From an uncultured Anaerolineales bacterium (GTDB lineage: Bacteria > Chloroflexota > Anaerolineae > UBA1429): 64,000 nt of DNA. Made by a program: the position numbers and the translations under genes. The DNA lies in assembly GCA_964407215.1 (NCBI GenBank), contig CAYOUT010000003.1:34700-98699 (forward strand), in the 5' to 3' direction. The notes beneath the pieces were generated by a model. That model was not told the DNA's origin. It did not search any database and worked only from the letters and a program-made list of their open reading frames with translations. Below are positions 27,672-37,850 of the stretch, piece by piece (positions within the stretch are counted from its first letter, which is position 1; each line of letters starts with the position of its first letter).

Positions 27672-28910
27672 ATGGCAAAAAATTTGTACCCTCTTATCTC
27701 AACGGAATCCGCATGGCAGCGCATTGCCGCCGTCATACGGGCTCTGTCGCCCGTCGAACAGCAGCTGGATGCTTTGCTGGGCCACGTGCTCGCGGAGAAC
27801 GTCGTTGCGCGCGAGAACATGCCACCGTTTCGCTCTGCGGCCATGGACGGTTACGCCGTTATCGCCGCAGAAGGGACAGCCCAGCGACGCATTCTTGGCG
27901 AGCAGGATGCGGGGCGCGCGCAACCCTTCCTCGTAACGCCCGGGACCGCGGTACGCATCATGACGGGGGCGCCGGTGCCCGAAGGAGCGGACGCTGTTGT
28001 GCCGGTGGAGCAAGCTCTCGAAGAGGCCGGGTGTGTTCGCTTCCATGGAACGATGCCCTCCAATAGTTTTGTCCGGCCTGTTGGCCAAGATCTGGCGGCC
28101 GGCGATGTGGTGCTGCATGCGGGGATTGTGCTGGGGCCTCCGGAAATCGGCCTTCTGGCGGCGGTGGGGCGCACACGGGTGTCGGTGCATCCCAAACCCA
28201 TCGTCGCAGTGATGGCCACTGGCGATGAGTTGGTCGATCCCGACCAGCTTCCCGCGCCCGGCCAGATACGAGACAGCAACAGCCACGCTCTCGTGGCTGC
28301 GATCGCGGCTGCAGGGTTTGTACCCCTATCGTTGGGGCATGTCGATGACGATGCGGAGATGCTGCGCGCGGCTATTCTGGAGGGCGTGTCTGGTGCCGAC
28401 ATGCTATTGACCTCTGGCGGCGTCTCCATGGGCACGCGAGATTTGATCAAGCCGTTACTGCGCGAGCTTGGCACGGTGCATTTTGGGCGGGTCGCCGTCA
28501 AGCCGGGCAAACCTCTGACTTTTGCTGTGGTTCGAGGGACGCCGGTATTCGGGTTGCCCGGTTTTCCCGTGTCCTCGCTCGTCTCGTTCGAGCAATTCGT
28601 GCGGCCGGCTCTGCGCATCATGGCGGGGCACAGCAAACTCTGGCGGCCTCAAGTGTGTGCGCGCCTAAGCCATCCCGTTCGGCACGAAGCGGATCGCACC
28701 GAGTTCCAGCGGGCCGTGGTAGAACAGCGTGATGGCATCTGGTGGGCCGAAACCACGGGCTCGCAGGTGTCGGGCAGGCTCAAATCGCTTGTGGGCGCCA
28801 ATGCCCTTTTGCGCATTCCCGAGGGTGTGGCGGATCTGGCTGCAGGTGATCAAGTGGACGCTATCCTGGTCGATCAGCCGGAGGTGGGTGGCAATGAGCA
28901 CACCTCATGA
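27672..28910 (+). CDS. moeA: molybdopterin molybdotransferase MoeA (paralog 2)
   Basis: FRSAAMDGYAV and LTSGGVSMGTRD match MoeA motifs. It is a second tandem copy. Confidence 0.8.
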   Translation: MAKNLYPLISTESAWQRIAAVIRALSPVEQQLDALLGHVLAENVVARENMPPFRSAAMDGYAVIAAEGTAQRRILGEQDAGRAQPFLVTPGTAVRIMTGAPVPEGADAVVPVEQALEEAGCVRFHGTMPSNSFVRPVGQDLAAGDVVLHAGIVLGPPEIGLLAAVGRTRVSVHPKPIVAVMATGDELVDPDQLPAPGQIRDSNSHALVAAIAAAGFVPLSLGHVDDDAEMLRAAILEGVSGADMLLTSGGVSMGTRDLIKPLLRELGTVHFGRVAVKPGKPLTFAVVRGTPVFGLPGFPVSSLVSFEQFVRPALRIMAGHSKLWRPQVCARLSHPVRHEADRTEFQRAVVEQRDGIWWAETTGSQVSGRLKSLVGANALLRIPEGVADLAAGDQVDAILVDQPEVGGNEHTS

Positions 28911-29880
28911 CAGCCTCGACCGGCCCATCAGCTATCTGCGCGTCTCGGTGACGGATCGCTGTAATCTGCGCTGTGTCTATTGTATGCCCGAAGAGGGTGT
29001 GCCTCTGCGCGACCACGAAAGCATCCTGCGCTACGAGGAGATCGCGCGTATAGTACGAGTTGCGGCCGAGATGGGCATTACCAAAATACGCCTCACTGGT
29101 GGCGAGCCATTGGCACGCTTAGGCGTGGTGCAGCTTGTGCGTCAGATCGCAGAGATACCGGGCATAGATGACCTGTCTATGACCACCAACGGGACGCTCT
29201 TGGCGCAGCAGGCGGAGGCCCTGGCCGCGGCTGGGCTGAATCGGGTGAACATCAGCCTGGATAGCCTGCGGGCGGATCGCTTCCGTGCTATGACGCGGCG
29301 GGGCGACCTGCAGAACGCCCTTGATGGTATCCAAGCCGCATACGACGCCGGATTGGTGCCGGTCAAGATCAACATGGTGGTGTTGCACGGCTTTAACGTG
29401 GACGAAGTAGCCGATATGGCGCGGCGTACAGTGGAGGATGCCTGGAACGTGCGCTATATCGAGGTGATGCCGCTTGGTGCGGGTGCGCAATGGACGGGCG
29501 ACGGCTATGTGCCGGCCGGCGAGATTCAACACATTATTGAGAAGGCCTTTGGGCCTCTAGAGCCAGCGAATTTGAGGGGCAATGGGCCGGCTAACACTTG
29601 GCGCATCCCCGGGGCGGAAGGGACCATCGGGTTCATTACACCAGTGAGCGAGCACTTTTGTCACCAGTGCAATCGATTGCGCCTGACGGCCGATGGGCGC
29701 CTGTTGCCCTGCTTGCTGTCGGATCTGGAGACCGATTTGCGTGGCCCCTTGCGTGCTGGCGCTGATGATGAAGCGTTACGCGAGCTCTTTAGGAGCGCCA
29801 TTCAATCCAAGCCGGGTGGTCACCATCTGATGCAGCACCAAGTACCTAGGGCACGAGAAATGTCGCGCATCGGGGGGTAG
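28894..29880 (+). CDS. moaA: GTP 3',8-cyclase MoaA (radical SAM)
   Basis: CNLRCVYCMP is the CxxxCxxC radical-SAM cluster. A C-terminal CHQCNRLRLTADGRL second cluster is present. A GGAGGTG Shine-Dalgarno is present. Confidence 0.85.
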   Translation: MSTPHDSLDRPISYLRVSVTDRCNLRCVYCMPEEGVPLRDHESILRYEEIARIVRVAAEMGITKIRLTGGEPLARLGVVQLVRQIAEIPGIDDLSMTTNGTLLAQQAEALAAAGLNRVNISLDSLRADRFRAMTRRGDLQNALDGIQAAYDAGLVPVKINMVVLHGFNVDEVADMARRTVEDAWNVRYIEVMPLGAGAQWTGDGYVPAGEIQHIIEKAFGPLEPANLRGNGPANTWRIPGAEGTIGFITPVSEHFCHQCNRLRLTADGRLLPCLLSDLETDLRGPLRAGADDEALRELFRSAIQSKPGGHHLMQHQVPRAREMSRIGG

Positions 29881-29891
29881 GGAGGCGATAG

Positions 29892-30380
29892 TTGGAGCTT
29901 TCACATCTGGATAACAGAGGGCACGCACGTATGGTGGATGTGAGCGACAAAGACACCACCGTGCGCGAGGCGGTGGCCGTCGGAGAGGTTCGCATGCGGC
30001 CCGAGACGCTGGACTTGATCCAGGGGGGGGGATTCCCCAAGGGAGACGTATTGGCTGTGGCACGCGTCGCCGGAATCATGGCCGCCAAGCGCACGCCGGA
30101 TCTCATTCCTCTGTGCCATCCGCTGCCGATTACGGGGGTGGATCTGGAGCTGACGCCCCACGCAAAGCGGCATGCTGTCGAGATCAGGGCGCGTGTCAAG
30201 TGTATGGGCGTGACTGGCGTAGAAATGGAGGCGCTGACATCTGTGTCGGTGGCCGCTCTTACGATCTATGACATGTGCAAAGCTGTCGATCGAACGATGC
30301 AAATCGAAGGGATACGGCTGGTGCGTAAAAGCGGCGGACGTAGTGGGGATCTCGTGCTGGAGCATGTAGATGACGAGTGA
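29892..30380 (+). CDS. moaC: cyclic pyranopterin monophosphate synthase MoaC
   Basis: [16 protein letters not shown] and the other MoaC conserved blocks are present. Confidence 0.85.
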   Translation: MELSHLDNRGHARMVDVSDKDTTVREAVAVGEVRMRPETLDLIQGGGFPKGDVLAVARVAGIMAAKRTPDLIPLCHPLPITGVDLELTPHAKRHAVEIRARVKCMGVTGVEMEALTSVSVAALTIYDMCKAVDRTMQIEGIRLVRKSGGRSGDLVLEHVDDE

Positions 30381-30807
30381 GGGGCGGGTAGTAGCGGTGT
30401 GTGTAAGCGACCGCAAGGGTGTGCCCAAGCACGATGTGGGTTCGGGTGCGCTGCGAGACGATTGGGGGCTAGAGGGCGATGCTCACGCCGGTCCCTGGCA
30501 TCGGCAAGTGAGCCTGTTGGCCATGGAGAGCATAGAGAAGATGCGAGCCAAAGGGCTCAAGGTGAATCAAGGCAGCTTTGCCGAGAACATCACCACGCAG
30601 GGTTTGGAGTTGCACTCACTCCCCGTTGGCACACGCATGCAGTTGGGGGGCTCCCTAGTAGAAATCACTCAGATCGGCAAGGAATGCCACACACGTTGCG
30701 CCATCTATCGCTTGGCGGGCGATTGTGTCATGCCCCGTGAGGGGATCTTTGTCAGGGTGCTGCGTTCTGGCGAGGTCGCTGTGGGGGATGCGGTGCGAGT
30801 TCTGTAG
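30370..30807 (+). CDS. MOSC-domain protein (MOSC beta-barrel, YiiM-like)
   Basis: It is about 145 aa. It has a conserved Cys (ECHTRCAIY) and the GENIT segment typical of MOSC. Confidence 0.6.
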   Translation: MTSEGRVVAVCVSDRKGVPKHDVGSGALRDDWGLEGDAHAGPWHRQVSLLAMESIEKMRAKGLKVNQGSFAENITTQGLELHSLPVGTRMQLGGSLVEITQIGKECHTRCAIYRLAGDCVMPREGIFVRVLRSGEVAVGDAVRVL

Positions 30808-30829
30808 GCCGCCGAGGGCGAGTCCCTCT

Positions 30830-31570
30830 ATGCACAGCCCTACGAGGAGGCCCAACATTAACGAACTACTCACGGGTATTGCCCATGCTCTGGAGCTGCT
30901 CGTGCGGGGCGACCCGGACTTGCTGGAGATTGTGACGCTCTCTCTGCGAGTGTCCGGGATCGCATTGATACTGAGCACGAGTATTGGCGTGCCGCTGGGC
31001 GCGCTGCTCGGCTTGGCCCGCTTTCATGGCAGGCGCCTGGCCATTGCGCTGACCTACACAGGGATGGGGTTTCCGCCAGTAGTGATCGGCCTTTTTGTCT
31101 ACATGCTACTCTCTCGGGGCGGGCCGCTGGGCCAGTTGGGGTGGTCGTCGGTGCCAGCGCTGTTTACCCCGGGCGCTATGATAGTGGCTCAGACGGTCAT
31201 TTCTTTCCCTTTGGTGGCGGGCTTTACCATGGCGGGGGTTATGGGAGTTGATGCTCGCTTGCGGCAGCAGGTGCAATCTCTTGGCGCCACCCAGTGGCAG
31301 ACGGCAGCCGCGGTTCTGATGGAGGCTCGGATCGGAGTGGTCGTGTCGGTCATCGCCGGGTTTGGCGGTATCATCTCCGAGGTGGGCGCGGTAATGCTGG
31401 TGGGCGGGAATATCGAACACCGCACGCGAGTGCTTACCACAGCTATCGTGCTGGAGACGCGCAAGGGGAATTTTGGTCTGGCGTTAGCGCTGGGTGTTAT
31501 CTTGTTGGCTATAGCCTTTGTGACCAACCTCGCCGTGTTGCGATTCCAGGGGAGGGCGCTGGACGAATGA
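30830..31570 (+). CDS. tupB: ABC transporter permease, tungstate/molybdate type (TupB-like)
   Basis: It has roughly six TM helices and an EAA-like loop (ARLRQQVQSLGATQWQ). It sits directly before the cognate ATPase and the TupA-type substrate-binding protein. Confidence 0.6.
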   Translation: MHSPTRRPNINELLTGIAHALELLVRGDPDLLEIVTLSLRVSGIALILSTSIGVPLGALLGLARFHGRRLAIALTYTGMGFPPVVIGLFVYMLLSRGGPLGQLGWSSVPALFTPGAMIVAQTVISFPLVAGFTMAGVMGVDARLRQQVQSLGATQWQTAAAVLMEARIGVVVSVIAGFGGIISEVGAVMLVGGNIEHRTRVLTTAIVLETRKGNFGLALALGVILLAIAFVTNLAVLRFQGRALDE

Positions 31571-32298
31571 CGGCTCCGATCTACAGAGTGGATGGTCTGC
31601 AGAAGGCCTACGACGGTCGCTTGGTCTTGGATGTGGAGCACCTCGAGATACAGCAGGGGGAGACTTTTGCCATCGTGGGACCCAGCGGCGCCGGCAAAAG
31701 CACACTCCTCAGATTGTTCAATTTCCTCGAACCCCCCACCAAGGGGGAGATCCGCTTTCTCGAAAGGCCTTTCAGTCGCGAAGTGGGAATGCCTCTTGAA
31801 CTGCGGCGGCGTGTGACGACGGTATTCCAGCAGCCGATGCTCCTGAACCGTAGTGTTTACGCCAACGTCGCCTACGGATTGCGTGTTCGTGGAATGGGGG
31901 ATTCAGACCAGCGCATTCGAGATGTGCTGCGGCAGGTGGGGCTGAGCCGACTCATCAAGCAACGCGCACGTACGCTTTCTGGTGGGGAGGCTCAGCGTGT
32001 GGCGCTGGCGCGAGCCATGGTTCTTGAGCCGGATGTACTTCTGTTGGACGAGCCCACAGCAAACCTGGACCCTCATAACGTTGTGACAATCGAGCGAATT
32101 ATCAAAGACCTGAACCAAGATCAAAAAACCACGATGATTATCGTAACGCACAACGTATTTCAGGCTCGTCGCGTTGCGGACAGGGTGGCGCTCATGCTGG
32201 ACGGCAAGTTGGTGGAGGTGGCCGATGTAGATGCGTTTTTCGAATCCCCTCAGGATCATCGCACGCGAGCTTTTGCCCGTGGTGAGATGATATATTAG
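31567..32298 (+). CDS. tupC: ABC transporter ATP-binding protein (TupC-like)
   Basis: Walker A (GPSGAGKST), the LSGGEAQR signature and Walker B (LLLDEP) are present. The start overlaps the tupB stop as ATGA. Confidence 0.7.
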   Translation: MTAPIYRVDGLQKAYDGRLVLDVEHLEIQQGETFAIVGPSGAGKSTLLRLFNFLEPPTKGEIRFLERPFSREVGMPLELRRRVTTVFQQPMLLNRSVYANVAYGLRVRGMGDSDQRIRDVLRQVGLSRLIKQRARTLSGGEAQRVALARAMVLEPDVLLLDEPTANLDPHNVVTIERIIKDLNQDQKTTMIIVTHNVFQARRVADRVALMLDGKLVEVADVDAFFESPQDHRTRAFARGEMIY

Positions 32299-32313
32299 AC
32301 AATGGAAGGAGAA

Positions 32314-33279
32314 ATGACTGTGAAGAATTTTCTACGCCTTGGACTGCTTCTTGTGCTTGTGGTGTCTTTGTTGGCGGCATGCGCCCCAGCAGCGGCCCCC
32401 TCAGTAGACACTGAGCCGCCGCAGGCCGCAGAGGAACAAGCTCCCGTAGAGCAGGCTCCGGAGGAACAGGCCCCGGAGGAACAGGCTCCGGAGGAGGCTG
32501 CTTCGCCATTTGAAGGCGCTGTGCTCTTGCTAGCGACTACCACCAGCACCGAGGACTCGGGACTGCTAGGTGAGATTCTACCAGTGTTCGAGGAGGAATA
32601 CGGCGTTACGGTTGACGTCGTGGCAGTAGGTACGGGGCAGGCTCTGCAGATCGGCATGGATGGTAATGCTGACGTGCTGTTGGTTCACGCCCGCGCTCGC
32701 GAGGATGCCTTTATGGAAGAGGGGCATGGTTCGCGCCGCGAGGACGTGATGTATAACGATTTCATCATCCTGGGGCCAGCTGATGATCCAGCCAGTATTC
32801 GTGGCATGACCGATGCTGGCGAGGCGATGGCTGCGATCGCTGAGGCAGGAGAGACTTTTGTCTCTCGCGGTGACGAGTCGGGTACCCACGTAAAAGAGCT
32901 GAGCGTGTGGAAGGCCGCAGGTATTGAGCCCGCTGGCGATTGGTACGTGTCGGCTGGTCAAGGCATGGGCGACGTGCTGATGATGGCCGATGAGCAGCAG
33001 GCCTACACCCTCAGCGACCGCGCCACTTACCTGGCGCTGCGCGGCGCTGGGAACTCTCTGGAAGTGATGGTGGAGGGCGATGCGGTGTTGTTGAACTACT
33101 ATGGCATCATCGCAGTGAACCCCGACAAGGGTGAGCACATCCAGGCGGAACTGACTGACACATTTATCGATTGGTTCGTCTCACTCCCCACACAAGAGCT
33201 GATCTCTGAGTTTGGTGTGGAGGAGTACGGCGATTCCCTCTTTATCCCCAACGCCACGTCCTGGCTCGAGGCGCACTAG
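32314..33279 (+). CDS. tupA: tungstate ABC transporter substrate-binding lipoprotein (TupA-like)
   Basis: A lipobox (LLAAC) is followed by LLLATTTSTEDSGLL, the TupA TTTS anion-binding motif. A GGAAGGAG Shine-Dalgarno precedes the ATG at 32314. Confidence 0.7.
   Translation: MTVKNFLRLGLLLVLVVSLLAACAPAAAPSVDTEPPQAAEEQAPVEQAPEEQAPEEQAPEEAASPFEGAVLLLATTTSTEDSGLLGEILPVFEEEYGVTVDVVAVGTGQALQIGMDGNADVLLVHARAREDAFMEEGHGSRREDVMYNDFIILGPADDPASIRGMTDAGEAMAAIAEAGETFVSRGDESGTHVKELSVWKAAGIEPAGDWYVSAGQGMGDVLMMADEQQAYTLSDRATYLALRGAGNSLEVMVEGDAVLLNYYGIIAVNPDKGEHIQAELTDTFIDWFVSLPTQELISEFGVEEYGDSLFIPNATSWLEAH
32431..32497 (+). repeat. 15-nt tandem repeat encoding the (E-E-Q-A-P)n linker in TupA
   Basis: The repeat reads gaggaacaRgcYccg about four times. 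It lies between the lipobox and the binding domain. Confidence 0.6.
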
Positions 33280-33388
33280 CCGACCGAGCACGGGGGTACA
33301 CAGACGTTCGCAGTGGAAGGAGGGTGGCTTGTCTGGGCCACCCTCACCTTGTAATAACAACTGCGTCTCGCAACCCCTCACGCGCTCA

Positions 33389-35416
33389 CTAGCTCTCCAA
33401 GTTGAGCCAGCGCAGCTCCTCCGGCGTGAGACTCACTTGCAACGCCTCCACAGACGTGCGGGTTTCCTCGATGCTACGCGGGCCGATGAGAGCGAACACT
33501 TCCAGTGGTTGACAGAGCACATAGGCCAGCGCGATCTGAGTAGAAGTCACGCCTCTGAGTCGGGCTAGTTCTCTCGCGCGCTCCAGCCGCTGAAAGTTGG
33601 CCTCGTTGAACCAGGTGCGTGCGATCTCGCGCATGTCCGGATTGGTACGATCCTGTGGCGCGTAGCGACCGGTGAAGAGCCCCGATGCTTGGCTGCTCCA
33701 TGCAAAGAGCGGTATGCGGGTGCGTTCGTACCATGCGCGCGATACGGCATCCGATGCGGTGATACAGCCGGGCCACATCGGCTCATTCCAGACGGCTAGC
33801 GCCAAATTGGGGCTGCTGGCCGCAAAGCCCGTCAGATTGTGATCTCGAGCGTATACGTTGGCCGCCTCGATGCGCTCGATGCTCCAATTAGAGCCTCCGA
33901 ACGCGCGTATGCGGCCGGCCCTCTTGTGCTCGTTGAGGCACTCGACGAACTCACCCACGGGAATATCTGGGTTGTCGCGATGCAACATATACAGATCCAG
34001 GTAGTCGGTCTGCAGGTGCTCCAGGGTCTCCGCCAGCTGGCTTGTAAGTCCCTCCGGGTGACAGTCGGGTGTGTGAGCCCCCTTGCCGATGAGCACCAGT
34101 TCCTCTCGAATCCCCCGCAGATTCAGCCATTGTCCCACAGTAGCCTCGGTGCCATAGACCCGTGCCGTGTCCAAGCAGGTGCCCCCCAGCTCCACGTAAT
34201 GATCCAGCATGGCGCAAGTGAAGGGCAGCTCGTCTCGGCGGTAGACCATGGTGCCCATCACGATGCGCGAGATCGGCTTGTCTACACCCTCGACCCGACC
34301 GTACTGCATGATGTGGCCCGTGCGGGGCGCGGGCGCTCGGCCCGACGTAGGGGTTGCTAACGCCTCGGGCGTCTCGTTATCGAACACTAAACCGATCTTT
34401 TTGCGCCACCGATCCAATGTGCGCATATTGCCAAGGCTATCCTCCCACGTCATGCATGGGGGCGGCCCTTGGCGGTCCGATAGGTGGCGGGCTACGGTGT
34501 CCGCTTCGATGGCGTACAACTGCGCCCCACCCTCAACCTGTAATGTCTCCGGCTCGGGCTCACCGTCGCGGAAGATCAGGATTTCGTTGCTCGACTCTTG
34601 TGGAAACCAGGGGTTGGGCACGATGATATGCCCCTCAGAGCCCCAGATGCGCAGCGCAGGATCCACACTCAACTGGATTCCGCAAACGAGATTGGCGAGA
34701 ACATCGCCGGGGAACCCGAGCGCGGCAGTGGCCCACTCGTCTACGCAACTCCCCTCACCGACATGCGCCAAGCCCTCGACCTCTGTGGGCTCGGCCACGG
34801 GTCTGCCTGTGGCGGCCCCAGCTACAAGGCGCGCCATCGAGGCGCAATAGCAGCCCACGTCCATGATGCCACCACCGGCTGCTGCGTTCTGTTGGCGGAT
34901 GTTATCTCGCGGCCCCTGCATATTGAATGAGAAATGGGCCTGAATCAGTCGCACGTCGCCGATGGCCCCCTCACGTATCAACTGCACCAATCGTGCTGTC
35001 TGGGGGTGGCAACGATACATAAAGGCTTCCATCAGAAATACGTCGTGGTAGCGGGCCGCTTCGATAGCGGTCATGGCCTCGGCATAGTTCGTGGCCAGCG
35101 GCTTCTCACACAAGATGTGTTTGCGCGCCTCGGCGCAGCGGATGGTCCACAGGGCGTGTAGATGGTTGGGCAAGGCGATGTACACCGCCTGTACGTCAGG
35201 ATCGGCCAGAAGGGCTTCGTAGCTGCTGTAGCGTCGAGGGATGTCGAACTCGTCACCAAAGCGATCTGCCTTCTCTTGATTGCGGCTTCCTATGGCGAGC
35301 AGTTCACCGGTCTCCGAACTTCGCAGGGCTTTGGCAAAGGTCTTGGCGATGCCACCGGCGCCTAGAATCCCCCAACGGAGCATCGACATAGTATCGTTGG
35401 TCTCTGTCATCATCAT
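33389..35416 (-). CDS. fusion protein: Gfo/Idh/MocA-family NAD(P)-dependent oxidoreductase (N-terminal) + aldo/keto reductase (C-terminal)
   Basis: LRWGILGAGGIAK, EKPLA and the ~370-aa Gfo/Idh/MocA fold are followed by AKR motifs (LDTARVYG, the LHRDNPD region). A GGGAGG Shine-Dalgarno precedes the ATGATGATG at 35416. Confidence 0.7.
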   Translation of the reverse strand: MMMTETNDTMSMLRWGILGAGGIAKTFAKALRSSETGELLAIGSRNQEKADRFGDEFDIPRRYSSYEALLADPDVQAVYIALPNHLHALWTIRCAEARKHILCEKPLATNYAEAMTAIEAARYHDVFLMEAFMYRCHPQTARLVQLIREGAIGDVRLIQAHFSFNMQGPRDNIRQQNAAAGGGIMDVGCYCASMARLVAGAATGRPVAEPTEVEGLAHVGEGSCVDEWATAALGFPGDVLANLVCGIQLSVDPALRIWGSEGHIIVPNPWFPQESSNEILIFRDGEPEPETLQVEGGAQLYAIEADTVARHLSDRQGPPPCMTWEDSLGNMRTLDRWRKKIGLVFDNETPEALATPTSGRAPAPRTGHIMQYGRVEGVDKPISRIVMGTMVYRRDELPFTCAMLDHYVELGGTCLDTARVYGTEATVGQWLNLRGIREELVLIGKGAHTPDCHPEGLTSQLAETLEHLQTDYLDLYMLHRDNPDIPVGEFVECLNEHKRAGRIRAFGGSNWSIERIEAANVYARDHNLTGFAASSPNLALAVWNEPMWPGCITASDAVSRAWYERTRIPLFAWSSQASGLFTGRYAPQDRTNPDMREIARTWFNEANFQRLERARELARLRGVTSTQIALAYVLCQPLEVFALIGPRSIEETRTSVEALQVSLTPEELRWLNLES

Positions 35417-35669
35417 AATTGCCTCCCAGATCACCGCGTATGTACTGTACTGAGGCTGCAGTGTAGCGGGGGTGGCGGTCGATGACAAGGGGGGGTGTGG
35501 TCCGGCAGTGTTTGCTCAAAAGGCGGCGATGAGTAGTATTGTGGCAGGCGTCCGCTTCCGCGTCTCATGGCTGGACGAGGTCGTGGCATCGCCGAGTCTA
35601 TCAGGGGAGCACGATCTCCATGTGCGAGCAGTTACTTGTGGCGTTGGGCTATTCGGCGGAAGCGCTTCC

Positions 35670-36833
35670 ATGAGCCGACGAACAATCCTTTTTCTTTATA
35701 TGGCCGCCGTGTTTTTGTACTGGATGTCCCTGTATCTGTATGTGCCCACGCTACCCACCTACACCCAGAGCAAGGTGGACGACCTCGCAGTGGTGGGCAC
35801 GGTAGCCTCTATGTACGGCCTTTGGCAAGCGATCATCCGGTTGCCGTTGGGCATCGCGTCCGATTGGTTGGGTTGGCGCAAACCCTTCATCTTGGCGGGG
35901 TTTGTGTTGGCCGGTCTCGGCGCTTATATCATGGGCACAGCCAGCGGTATCCAAGGATTGATTGTGGGGCGCGCCATCACCGGGCTCGCGGCGGGTACTT
36001 GGGTGCCGCTGGTGGTGGTGTTCAACAGCCAATTCTCGGCTCACGATGCCGTCAAGGCCACCTCGTTACTTACTCTGGTGGGGTCCGCAGGACAGGTGCT
36101 GGCGACAGGGGCCACGGGTTCTCTCAACGAATGGGGTGGCTATTCGCTGCCCTTCTTTTTAGCTATCGGTGCCGCGGGGTTGGCCCTTGTGACGGTGTTG
36201 CCGGCGCACGAGGTGCGCAGACCGCCGCGCACACCCTCCGTGGCGGGTATCGTCGCGCTCATCACCAGGCGAGATGTGTTGCTGCCCGCAATCCTGAGCC
36301 TGCTCAACCAATACGTGACCTGGTCTACCGTCTTTGCTTTCATTCCAGTGTTAGCCAAAGAGTTTGGCGCGTCGGATCCTATGTTGAGCTTGCTGGTAAG
36401 CCTGAATCTCGGCGTGATGTTGGTGGGTAATCTACTTACAACCTCCATTGTGGGCAAGTTCGGCGCCCAGAAGCTGGCCTATGCCACCTTTGCCTTTGCG
36501 GGGACGGGGCTTGCTGGGCTCGTCGTGGCCCGCTCCTTGCCGGTGGTCTTTGTGGCCCAACTCTGTATCGGGTTGGCGCAAGGTATCGGCGCCCCTGTTT
36601 TCATGGGGATGAGCATTCGGCATGTGGATGACCAAGAGCGCACCACGGCAATGGGCCTCCACCAAAGCGTATACGCCATCGGGATGTTTGCTGGCCCGTG
36701 GCTCAGTGGTATTCTGGCGCGCGCTTTGGGGATCCAACCCACGTTCGCCATCACCACCGTCGTCATCGTGGGGCTGGGGTTGCTCGGCGCTCGCTGGCTT
36801 CAGCAGGCTGACGTGCAGAGGGTCGCGGCCTGA
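35670..36833 (+). CDS. MFS transporter
   Basis: It has about 12 TM helices. An MFS loop motif is present (GRAITGLAAG). Confidence 0.7.
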   Translation: MSRRTILFLYMAAVFLYWMSLYLYVPTLPTYTQSKVDDLAVVGTVASMYGLWQAIIRLPLGIASDWLGWRKPFILAGFVLAGLGAYIMGTASGIQGLIVGRAITGLAAGTWVPLVVVFNSQFSAHDAVKATSLLTLVGSAGQVLATGATGSLNEWGGYSLPFFLAIGAAGLALVTVLPAHEVRRPPRTPSVAGIVALITRRDVLLPAILSLLNQYVTWSTVFAFIPVLAKEFGASDPMLSLLVSLNLGVMLVGNLLTTSIVGKFGAQKLAYATFAFAGTGLAGLVVARSLPVVFVAQLCIGLAQGIGAPVFMGMSIRHVDDQERTTAMGLHQSVYAIGMFAGPWLSGILARALGIQPTFAITTVVIVGLGLLGARWLQQADVQRVAA

Positions 36834-36866
36834 TCCGCCTACCCGCTAACACCAAGGAGGCTGCTC

Positions 36867-37850
36867 GTGTCAACCCACATGCGAGCGATCGTCAATACGG
36901 GTCCCGGCCTGCTGGATTTGTGTCATTGGCCTCTGCCGGAGCCGGGCCCCGAGCAGGTGCGGATCAAAACGGCGGCCTGCGGCATCTGCGCCACTGACCT
37001 GGAGATGATCGCTGGCTGGGAGCGCACCGGCTTCCCGGCCATACCCGGTCACGAATGGTCGGGGGTCGTCGAAGCCGTGGGAGAGGGTGTGAACCGCGGG
37101 CTGATAGGGCGCTTGTGCGTCGGCGAGAACGTACTGGCAGACGGTGACGAGGTGGGCTTTGAGCAGCCCGGAGGCTATGGCGAGTTCCTGGTGATCGAGG
37201 CACGCAATGTGTACCCGCTACCGGATGGTATTTCTCCTATCGCGGCCGCCCTCGTCGAACCGCTGGCCGTGGCCGTGCGCGGCCTGCGCAGGTTACGGCT
37301 GGGGGATGAGAGACGCGTCTTGGTGTTCGGAGACGGGCCTATCGGGCTGATCGTTGTGATGTTGTTGTGCCTAGCTGGAACAGAGCAGGTGACTCTGGTG
37401 GGAGGGCGTCCCGGGCGTCTGGGCGTAGCGAGGGAGCTCGGCGCTGAAAGAGTGCTCGATTACCACTCCCTGGGCGCTAACCTGGCTGAAGGGATGCGAT
37501 GCGCGTCACGCGAACCGTTCCCCGCGATCGTGGAGGCCAGCGGCTCTGCGGAGGCACTGAACGCCTGTCTGGCTATGGCGGAGCAGGGAGGGCGTATACT
37601 TGTGCTGGGCGATTATGGCCGTGCGCGAGCCGAGTTCGTCTGGAACGACCTGCTACACCGCGAGATCGAGCTCATCGGGAGCAACGCCAGCGCCGATGCT
37701 TGGCCGGAGTCGATACGCCTGCTAACGGAGGAGAGACTGCCGATTGAGCGTTTGGCTACTCATCGATTCCCTGCAGCGCAGTATGCGGAAGCGATAGCCT
37801 TGGCCGGAGGACATCACAGTGACGTGATCAAAGTGCTTATCGAGTGGTAA
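36867..37850 (+). CDS. Zn-dependent alcohol dehydrogenase (MDR; sorbitol/threonine dehydrogenase-like)
   Basis: CGICATDLE and GHEWSGVV are Zn-ligand motifs. A GxGxxG Rossmann motif is present (VFGDGPIGL). Confidence 0.75.
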   Translation: MSTHMRAIVNTGPGLLDLCHWPLPEPGPEQVRIKTAACGICATDLEMIAGWERTGFPAIPGHEWSGVVEAVGEGVNRGLIGRLCVGENVLADGDEVGFEQPGGYGEFLVIEARNVYPLPDGISPIAAALVEPLAVAVRGLRRLRLGDERRVLVFGDGPIGLIVVMLLCLAGTEQVTLVGGRPGRLGVARELGAERVLDYHSLGANLAEGMRCASREPFPAIVEASGSAEALNACLAMAEQGGRILVLGDYGRARAEFVWNDLLHREIELIGSNASADAWPESIRLLTEERLPIERLATHRFPAAQYAEAIALAGGHHSDVIKVLIEW

